Assembly: GCA_003221005.1 (NCBI GenBank)
Contig: QHTZ01000067.1
Location: forward strand, 1 to 11,375
Source: Gemmatimonadota bacterium
Lineage (GTDB): Bacteria > Gemmatimonadota > Gemmatimonadetes > Gemmatimonadales > GWC2-71-9
Reading direction: 5' to 3'
DNA length: 11,375 nucleotides
Under the pieces are notes generated by a model. The model saw only the letters and a list, made by a program, of their open reading frames with translations, was not told the origin of the DNA and made no database searches. Shown here piece after piece: positions 1 to 6,188 of this stretch (positions are counted from its first letter, which is position 1; each line of letters begins with the position of its first letter). The position numbers and the translations under genes are program-made.

Positions 1-54
1 CTGGGTGCGGCCGAAGAACTTGAGCGCTGAGCAGCGAGGGCAGCGTAAGACCAT
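1..54 (-). CDS. N-terminus of a gene running off the window edge (MVLRCPRCSALKFFGRTQ...), product unknown
   Basis: ATG at 54-52 with AGGAG 11 nt upstream (gaaAGGAGcagaaacccgcATG), open to the window edge, and preceded by a sigma54-type promoter. Only 18 codons are visible. Confidence 0.6.
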   Translation of the reverse strand, partial: MVLRCPRCSALKFFGRTQ

Positions 55-86
55 GCGGGTTTCTGCTCCTTTCGCCCGCGCAGGAG

Positions 87-102
87 GGCAGGTCCTGTGC
101 CC
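87..102 (-). promoter_or_regulatory. sigma54 (-24/-12) promoter of the gene starting at 54
   Basis: Minus strand reads gGGCACAGGACCTGCc: GG(101,100)-N10-GC(89,88), matching TGGCAC-N5-TTGC. Predicted start of transcription ~76, leaving room for the Shine-Dalgarno. Confidence 0.65.
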
Positions 103-188
103 CCTGCAGCCAGATCGCGTAACTAGCTTGTGCTGTGTGGGTTACGACATCTGGGCCAGGCTGGAGTTGGCCCCGAGACGAACGCCGT

Positions 189-217
189 CGTTACCGTGCG
201 GTAACGCGGGGAGTAAC
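189..217. promoter_or_regulatory. Palindromic upstream activator (bEBP) site, copy 1
   Basis: CGTTACCG-tg-CGGTAACG perfect 8-bp inverted repeat (189-206) plus an extra GTAAC half-site at 213-217. Centre is ~120 bp upstream of the predicted sigma54 start. Matches copy 2 at 1581-1610. Confidence 0.65.
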
Positions 218-237
218 GCTTTGGCGGGAGTAAGCGC

Positions 238-1470
238 CTACCGTATCTGCGCGACGAGCTGCAGGGTTCCGGTGTTGTTGGGAGCGGTGGAGCTCAAGGG
301 ATTCTGCAAGCGCCACCGGATGCGGTTCACGCATCCGTCGAAGCCCGCCGGCGCGCCGCACACGCCGCTCACAGGAACGTAGGTCCACGTCGCGCCGCCG
401 TTGTTCGAATAATCGACCACCACCGACACGCCGGCGGGCAGAGTGTTCACGATGCTCCCCACCTTGAAGAAGACAGCCGCGGGGAGGGTGTCCACCACCA
501 CGACGCTCTCCGCGTTGCTGCTGCCGATGTTGCTGAGGGCGACCGTATACGTGAGGTTCGCACCGGGTAGCTGAGTGCCAGCCGGGCTTACGCTTTTGGT
601 CATCGTCATCGTCGGCCGGAGCACGGTGACCGTCAGCTTCCCTGTGTCAGCTGTCGCGGGACTCAGGACGGCGCGGGCTTTGAAGACCAGCGTATCCTTG
701 GCGCCCGACGCTGCCATCGCGACCCAGTAAGCGACGGTCGCGGTGGCGGAGGCGCCTGCGAGCAGGTTCGTCAGGCGCGCGCTGTCGGGGTTCGCGCCCT
801 GCGTAATCCCCGCCCCGACGATCGACAAGGTCGAGATCACGGTGCCGGGCCGCTTGGTCGTCAGCAGATCGTAGCTGGTGGAGCCATTGCCCGTGTTCGT
901 CACCGTGAAGGCCACGGTGTAGTTGAGCCCGTTGCTCGGCAGCTGGCTCGTAGTCGTAGCGTGAGGGGCGACGAGCACCGCATAGACCTTGGCAGAGATA
1001 ATCTTCGTGCGGGTATCGTTCGCAACGACCGCGCCGCCCGACTTCTCAATCAGGCCCAGGCTGGCAGGCCCCGAGGCGGCCGTGAAGCTCGTGAACTTGA
1101 GCCCTGAGATGACGACAGTGTCGGCCGGTCCGAAATTCGAGAGCACGTTCAAGACCACAATCTTGCTGGCGGACTCATAGGGGAGCAGAATCGGGCTCAC
1201 CTTGGCGGCGGACCTTCCCGTGACCGTTACCGTGGCGACCGTCGCGTCCCAGACCATGGCGAGGGCGGCGGGGATCTGGATCCGGAGGTCGTTGTTGAAC
1301 TTGAGGTTGCGATCGACAATCGTGATGGCGCTCGCAGCCGTGCTCGGATCCGCTACCACCAACGTCTGATTGGCAGCCGAGGAAATCGTCTGGGCGGCGA
1401 GCGGCGACACTGCGCCCCCGACGCCGAGACAGGCGAGCAGGATGCCGCCGAGCGAGATACGGGTCTTCAT
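238..1470 (-). CDS. Secreted beta-rich Ig-like protein with C-terminal DUF11 (conserved repeat) domain
   Basis: ATG at 1470 gives a Sec signal peptide (MKTRISLGGILLACLGVGGAVSPLAA/Q). Thr/Val/Ser-rich body. The C-terminal TKSVSP..PGANLTYTVALSNIG..A..VVVVDTLP..F..GS matches the DUF11 signature. The longer TTG start at 1524 overlaps the sigma54 promoter. Confidence 0.8.
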   Translation of the reverse strand: MKTRISLGGILLACLGVGGAVSPLAAQTISSAANQTLVVADPSTAASAITIVDRNLKFNNDLRIQIPAALAMVWDATVATVTVTGRSAAKVSPILLPYESASKIVVLNVLSNFGPADTVVISGLKFTSFTAASGPASLGLIEKSGGAVVANDTRTKIISAKVYAVLVAPHATTTSQLPSNGLNYTVAFTVTNTGNGSTSYDLLTTKRPGTVISTLSIVGAGITQGANPDSARLTNLLAGASATATVAYWVAMAASGAKDTLVFKARAVLSPATADTGKLTVTVLRPTMTMTKSVSPAGTQLPGANLTYTVALSNIGSSNAESVVVVDTLPAAVFFKVGSIVNTLPAGVSVVVDYSNNGGATWTYVPVSGVCGAPAGFDGCVNRIRWRLQNPLSSTAPNNTGTLQLVAQIR

Positions 1471-1485
1471 GTCAACCAGACTAAG

Positions 1486-1501
1486 GGCAAGCAGCGTGCC
1501 C
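1486..1501 (-). promoter_or_regulatory. sigma54 (-24/-12) promoter of the DUF11 gene
   Basis: Minus strand gGGCACGCTGCTTGCc: GG(1500,1499)-N10-GC(1488,1487), near-consensus GGCACG-N4-TTGC. Confidence 0.8.
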
Positions 1502-1531
1502 ACCGACCCCAGACGCAGCCGCAATTATGCC

Positions 1532-1544
1532 AATCAGTTAGCTA
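1532..1544 (+). promoter_or_regulatory. Possible IHF binding site between enhancer and sigma54 promoter
   Basis: AATCAG-TTAG-CTA versus WATCAR-N4-TTR (1 mismatch), in an AT-rich patch at the position typical for sigma54 promoters. Confidence 0.4.
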
Positions 1545-1580
1545 GCTTGCTCGCGTGTCGCGAACCGACTGGGGAATGGT

Positions 1581-1610
1581 CGGTTACCGCTTGGTAACCG
1601 CAACGGTATC
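1581..1610. promoter_or_regulatory. Palindromic upstream activator (bEBP) site, copy 2
   Basis: CGGTTACC-gctt-GGTAACCG perfect 8-bp inverted repeat (1581-1600) plus an extra GTATC half-site at 1606-1610. Centre is ~115 bp upstream of the predicted sigma54 start. Confidence 0.65.
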
Positions 1611-3006
1611 ACCCCGGCTCCCCAGTGTCGGAGCTGGGCTCCAGCAACCCGTACTTCTTGCGCTTCTCCCACAGGTTCTTGCGCGAAATACCCAGGATCT
1701 CCGCGGCCCGCTGGATGTTGCCGCCGGTGTCCTCGAGGGTGTGGCGAATGTATTCGCGCTCGGCGTCAGCGAGCGACAGCCGCCTCGGCAACTCGAACTT
1801 GTCGGGACGAGCGTCTGCGCGCGCCGCGCCGTCGAGCCGCCCGAGCGCCGGCAAGTCCGTGCGTTTCAGGCTGGGCCCGTCGCTGAAGATCATGCCGCGC
1901 TCGATCACGTTGCGCAGCTCGCGTGCATTGCCCGGCCAGTCCCAGGCCTGGAGCGCTTGCAGGGCGTCTGCGTCGATGGCGGCGACGTGCTTCTTGAACT
2001 CCCCGTTGAACCTCTCGCGGAAGTGATTGGCGAGGACCGGCAGGTCGCTCTTGACCTGGCGGAGTGGGGGCAGCGTCACGGCGGCGACACTGATCCGATA
2101 AAACAGGTCGGCCCTGAATTTGTTGGCCTGGACCTGCTGCTCGAGGTCGCGGTTCGTGGCGGTGACGAGACGGAGACCGACCTCCATTTCGTCGGTGCCA
2201 CCGAGGCGCCGGAAGCGCCGACTCTCGAGGACATTGAGGAGCTTTGACTGCAGCTCCGCGCCCAGCTCGGCGATTTCATCCAAGAACAGGGTCCCGCCGT
2301 CGGCGACCTCGATGAGCCCTCGCTTCGCCTCGCGTGCGTCCGTGAAGGCGCCTTTCTTGTAACCGAACAGCTCGGCCTCGAGCAGGTTGGCGGGCAGCGC
2401 CGAGCAGTTGATTTCCACGAACTGCCCCGCGGAGTGGGGGCTGGAATAGTGAATCGCCCGCGCCACGAGATTCTTCCCCGTCCCGCTCTCACCCAACAGG
2501 AGCACGGTCGGGCGAGGGATGGCCGCCATGCGCCGCACGAACGCCCGCACCTCTTCGATTTTCGGGTGTTGGCCCAGGATCGCTTGAACCGAATACTCCC
2601 GGCCCCGCGCCTGCTCGAGCGAGGCCCCCGCTTCAAGCAGCGGGCGCTCCGCCAGGGCGCGCGTGAGGAGCGTGGTCAGCTCGTCGATGTTGACCGGTTT
2701 GGTGAGGTACTCGGTCGCGCCAGCCTTGAGCGCCTCGATGGCCGTGGCGATGTCGGCGTGCCCCGTCAGCACGAAAATGGGCAGGTGGCGGTCGACCGTG
2801 CGCAGCCGGCGTGTCACCTCAACGCCGTTCAGCTCGGGCATCACGAGGTCGGTGATCACGGCGTCGGGAGGCTCCTCGGCATGGCGCGCCAGCAGCGCGT
2901 CCGGGTGGCCGAACACCTGGGTTCGGAACCGCCCCGGACCGAGGTTCCCAGCCACGAGCTTGGCGTGCACTAGATCGTCGTCGAGGATGTAGACTTTGGG
3001 AATCAT
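1609..3006 (-). CDS. sigma54-dependent response regulator, NtrC/AtoC family (REC-AAA+-Fis HTH)
   Basis: REC (ILDDD...ITDLVMP...LTGH...KP), Walker A GESGTGKN, GAFTDA loop (2335-2352), Walker B LFLDEI, FRADLFYRI, WPGNARELRN, and C-terminal HTH GNIQRAAEILGISRKNLWEK. Start is probably ATG 3006 (MIPKVYIL); ATG 3048 is an alternative. Confidence 0.95.
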   Translation of the reverse strand: MIPKVYILDDDLVHAKLVAGNLGPGRFRTQVFGHPDALLARHAEEPPDAVITDLVMPELNGVEVTRRLRTVDRHLPIFVLTGHADIATAIEALKAGATEYLTKPVNIDELTTLLTRALAERPLLEAGASLEQARGREYSVQAILGQHPKIEEVRAFVRRMAAIPRPTVLLLGESGTGKNLVARAIHYSSPHSAGQFVEINCSALPANLLEAELFGYKKGAFTDAREAKRGLIEVADGGTLFLDEIAELGAELQSKLLNVLESRRFRRLGGTDEMEVGLRLVTATNRDLEQQVQANKFRADLFYRISVAAVTLPPLRQVKSDLPVLANHFRERFNGEFKKHVAAIDADALQALQAWDWPGNARELRNVIERGMIFSDGPSLKRTDLPALGRLDGAARADARPDKFELPRRLSLADAEREYIRHTLEDTGGNIQRAAEILGISRKNLWEKRKKYGLLEPSSDTGEPG

Positions 3007-3010
3007 GAGT

Positions 3011-3042
3011 CCAATATTTTCCCGTGCGCCCGCTAATATTGG
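3011..3042. promoter_or_regulatory. AT-rich inverted repeat in the divergent promoter region
   Basis: CCAATATT-N16-AATATTGG within a 63-bp divergent intergenic gap. It includes a TAATAT -10-like hexamer (3034-3039) on the + strand. Confidence 0.45.
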
Positions 3043-3069
3043 CGACATCTCCCCGCGCAGCCAGGAGCT

Positions 3070-3441
3070 ATGGCCCGCCCGTTCCGGGCGTTGATCATCG
3101 ACGATGACCGCGACCTCGCCCTGCTCGTGCGGCGGACGCTCGAGTTCACCGCCGGCTGGGAGGTGGTCACGGCCGCATCGGGGGCCAGCGGCATCGAACT
3201 CGCCCGGAGCGCGGCGCCGGACGTGATCCTGGTGGACCTCATGATGCCGGAGCTGGACGGCTACGAAGTGTGCCGGCGCCTGAAAGCGGACCCGGCGACG
3301 GGCGCGGTGCCGATCGTGCTGCTTACCGCCCGCCGCGACTTGGACCAGCGCCGGCTCGCCGAGAGTGGCGCCGCCGGGGTTGTCTTCAAGCCATTCCAGC
3401 CGGACGACCTGGCCCGGGAGGTCCGGGCGCTGTGCTCATGA
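3070..3441 (+). CDS. Single-domain response regulator (CheY-like receiver)
   Basis: LIIDDD...ILVDLMMPELDG...LLTA...FKPF with all catalytic residues present. AGGAG lies just upstream. The stop overlaps the next start (ATGA). Confidence 0.93.
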   Translation: MARPFRALIIDDDRDLALLVRRTLEFTAGWEVVTAASGASGIELARSAAPDVILVDLMMPELDGYEVCRRLKADPATGAVPIVLLTARRDLDQRRLAESGAAGVVFKPFQPDDLAREVRALCS

Positions 3442-6188
3442 CGGTTCCCGATCCCCTGGCTGAAGTGCGGGCGGAGTTCGCGGCCGGGCTGGCCCAGCGC
3501 ATCGACACGATGCGGGCGGCGCTCGCAGCGCTCGAGGCGGGGTTCGGTGTCACGGACGCGGAGGCGTTGTACCGGGCAGCGCACTCGCTCGCGGGGACGG
3601 CCGGGAGCTTCGGAGCCGAGGGGCTGGCGCACGTCGCGAGCGATCTCGAGGCGCTGGCGCGCGGCTGGCTGGCGCGCCGACAGGCCGCCCCCGAGGAATG
3701 GCGCATCGCCAAGGCGGCCGTCACCGAGCTCGAGGCGGCCGCGCGGGAATACCGAGCAACCACGCCGTCCGGCGTGCTCCGCTCCCCAGCCGCCCGCCTG
3801 GCCGTCGTGGGTGAGCTCGCATCGCTCATCAATGCCGCCGTCGACATGCGCGAGATTTTCCAGGGCGCGATTCTCAAAGTCCATCGCGTGCTGGACTTCC
3901 GACGGGCGAGCGTGGTGCTCCTAGACGACACGGCGGCCCACTACTACCTCCACACCCTGTTCGACAAGGAGCGGGGCGGGTTCGTTGCCGGCGCAGCGGT
4001 CTTTCCGATCAATCAGGGAGTCGTAGGCCAAGCCATCCGCACGGGGCGGCCCATGCGGGTGAACGCCCTCCCCGGCACCGAAGGCATTCTGTTGCAGCAG
4101 GGCAAGCGTGTCTCGGCGATGATCGTACCCCTGCACGTGGGCGACCGGGTGATCGGCGCGCTGAACTTCGGACATGAAGACCCGGAGCACTACACCGAAG
4201 AGGATCTCGACTGGGCGGTCGTCTTGGGCCGACAGATCGAGACCTCCCTGTACTATTCCAAGCTCCTGAGCACCATCGCCGAGCAGCGGGAGGCGTTGGC
4301 ACGCGAGCACGCGGCCGTGCAAGGCCAGCGCAACCAGCTCGAAGCGCTGATCGACGCCAGCGACGCCGCGATCATGCTCGTCGGCCCCGATCGCCGGATC
4401 GCCCACGCGAACGCCGAAATGGCCTGGCTGGTCGGCATCCCGAGAGAGGCGGTGCTCGGGGCCGGGCTCGACACGGTGCACCGCTTTCTCGGCAGCTCCT
4501 TCCTCGATCCGACCGCGCTACCTGTGCAGGAACATGCCCTCTCCGGAGACGTGGCGCTGCGGGATCGCGTCGAGCTCTCGTTCCCTCGGCGCGCCGTGTA
4601 CCAGCGGGTCGTTGCCCCGGTGCGGGAAAGCGGCGGCTCCCTTCTGGGGCACATCGTGTTGTACCGCGACGTGACCCACGAGGTAGAAGTGGAGCGGGCG
4701 AAGTCCGAGTTCGTCTCGGTGGTGAGCCACGAGCTCCGCACCCCGATGACGTCGGTGAAGACGTCGTTGTCCCTGTTGCTCGCCGGAGCCGCAGGGTCCC
4801 TCGAGAGCGCATCGCGAGAGCTGCTCGAGATCGCCCTCCGCAACGCCGACCGCCTGATCCGGCTGGTGAACGACCTGCTCGACCTTTCGCGCCTTGAGGC
4901 CGGGCGCATGGAGTTCCAGCTCGAGCCGGTGTCACTCGAAGACAGCATCGCGGCGAGCCTTGAAGCGGTCGCGGCATTCGCGGCCGAACAGGGCGTGACG
5001 ATCGCCACCCGGCCGCCGCCCGAGCCTCAGGCGGTGCTCGGCGTGCCCGATCGCGTCCTGCAGGTCGTCGTCAACCTGCTCGCGAACGCGATCAAGTTCT
5101 CGCCCCGGGGTGGCCGAGTCGAGGTCGCCTGGCGGCGCGAGGACGGCGACGCCGTGACCGAAGTGTCGGACCAGGGGCCGGGGATCCCGGCCGACAAGCT
5201 CCAGGCCATCTTCGAGCCGTTCCGGCAACTCGACAGCTCCACCACCCGCGAGCACGGTGGGGCGGGCTTGGGGCTGGCGATCAGTGAGGGGATCGTGGAA
5301 GCGCTGGGGGGCCGATTGTGGGCCGAGAGCGAGCTCGGTGCAGGCTCGCGATTCTTCGTCCGGTTGCCCCTGGCGGCCGCGTCGCCGTCACCGGTAGGCT
5401 CCAGTCGCCCGTCCCCGCCGAAGCCTCAGGCCGCCACCGTGCTGCTCGCCCACCCCGATCCCGACTGGCAGCGTCTGGTGGCGGTGGGCGCCCGACCGGA
5501 AGGCTGGCGCATCGTGCCCGCGGCCACCGGAGCCGAAGCATTGGCGCACCTCCGTGCGGCGCCGGTGGATCTCGTCGTGCTGGCGCTCGAGCTGCCCGAC
5601 ATGCACGGGCTCGCCCTGTTGCAACAGCTGCAGCTCGAGCCTCGGCTGTGCGACATCCCCGTCGTTATGGCCGGCGAGCCGGACCACCTCGCCGGGGCTG
5701 AGGAGGGGACCGCGGTGGCGCCGACGGCGGAGGCCGTCGTCGAGCGGGGGCGGCAGTTGCTCGCGGCTCCACCCCGCCCAGTCGTGCTACTCGTCGACGA
5801 CGATCCGGCGGCGCGCCGTTCCCTCAGCAAGGTGCTACGGCGGGCCGGCTACGCCTGCCTCACGGCGACCGATGCCCGCCAGGGACTCGAGCTCGTGCGC
5901 GCCCGGAAGCCGCGCCTCATCATCACCGATTACGCAATGCCCGGGATGGACGGCCTGGCGTTCCTGCGGGAGCTCCGAGGGGATCCCGCCTTGAAGGTCG
6001 TGCCAGTGATCGTGCTTACCGGCCATGCGACGCGTGGTCTGGCGCGCCAGGTCGGCGACCTGTCGGCTCAGCTGTTTTCAAAGCCGGCTGATCGGAAGGG
6101 ATTGCTCGCCGAGGTCGAGCGGCTGCTCAAGGCAAGTGCATCAATTGTTGCTTCAGGGGGTCGGGGAGCAAAGGAATGGCCTGCTTGA
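3438..6188 (+). CDS. Cytoplasmic hybrid sensor histidine kinase: Hpt-GAF-PAS-HisKA-HATPase_c-pseudoREC-REC
   Basis: ATGA-coupled start at 3438 (MTVPDPL). Hpt AAHSLAGTAGSFG, GAF (SAMIVPLHVGDRVIGALNF..YTEEDL), PAS (LIDASDAAIMLVGPDRRIAHAN..RDVT), H-box SHELRTPM, N-box NLLANAIKFS, G1 DQGPGI, F-box IFEPF, G2 GAGLGL, then two receiver folds. No transmembrane segment seen. Confidence 0.93.
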   Translation: MTVPDPLAEVRAEFAAGLAQRIDTMRAALAALEAGFGVTDAEALYRAAHSLAGTAGSFGAEGLAHVASDLEALARGWLARRQAAPEEWRIAKAAVTELEAAAREYRATTPSGVLRSPAARLAVVGELASLINAAVDMREIFQGAILKVHRVLDFRRASVVLLDDTAAHYYLHTLFDKERGGFVAGAAVFPINQGVVGQAIRTGRPMRVNALPGTEGILLQQGKRVSAMIVPLHVGDRVIGALNFGHEDPEHYTEEDLDWAVVLGRQIETSLYYSKLLSTIAEQREALAREHAAVQGQRNQLEALIDASDAAIMLVGPDRRIAHANAEMAWLVGIPREAVLGAGLDTVHRFLGSSFLDPTALPVQEHALSGDVALRDRVELSFPRRAVYQRVVAPVRESGGSLLGHIVLYRDVTHEVEVERAKSEFVSVVSHELRTPMTSVKTSLSLLLAGAAGSLESASRELLEIALRNADRLIRLVNDLLDLSRLEAGRMEFQLEPVSLEDSIAASLEAVAAFAAEQGVTIATRPPPEPQAVLGVPDRVLQVVVNLLANAIKFSPRGGRVEVAWRREDGDAVTEVSDQGPGIPADKLQAIFEPFRQLDSSTTREHGGAGLGLAISEGIVEALGGRLWAESELGAGSRFFVRLPLAAASPSPVGSSRPSPPKPQAATVLLAHPDPDWQRLVAVGARPEGWRIVPAATGAEALAHLRAAPVDLVVLALELPDMHGLALLQQLQLEPRLCDIPVVMAGEPDHLAGAEEGTAVAPTAEAVVERGRQLLAAPPRPVVLLVDDDPAARRSLSKVLRRAGYACLTATDARQGLELVRARKPRLIITDYAMPGMDGLAFLRELRGDPALKVVPVIVLTGHATRGLARQVGDLSAQLFSKPADRKGLLAEVERLLKASASIVASGGRGAKEWPA

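Noticed and set aside
189-206. Palindromes at 189-206 and 1581-1600 as intrinsic terminators
   Set aside because: No U-tract follows on the minus strand. Shared sequence and spacing to -24/-12 boxes fit protein-binding sites better.
55-237. Riboswitch or ncRNA (e.g. c-di-GMP class) in the intergenic region
   Set aside because: No recognisable conserved riboswitch motifs. The region is explained by promoter and enhancer elements.
5-382. 125-aa + strand ORF
   Set aside because: It crosses promoter/enhancer DNA and overlaps two minus-strand genes, with no RBS or motif.
1471-1524. Longer TTG start for the DUF11 gene
   Set aside because: It overlaps the sigma54 promoter, and ATG 1470 gives a clean signal peptide.
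2335-2352. GAFTDA instead of GAFTGA as a sign of an inactive activator
   Set aside because: GAFTDA is a common variant retaining the key Phe-Thr, and all other AAA+ motifs are intact.
3270-3437. N-terminal extension of the kinase ORF
   Set aside because: It lies out of frame inside the REC gene. The ATGA-coupled ATG at 3438 is the natural start.
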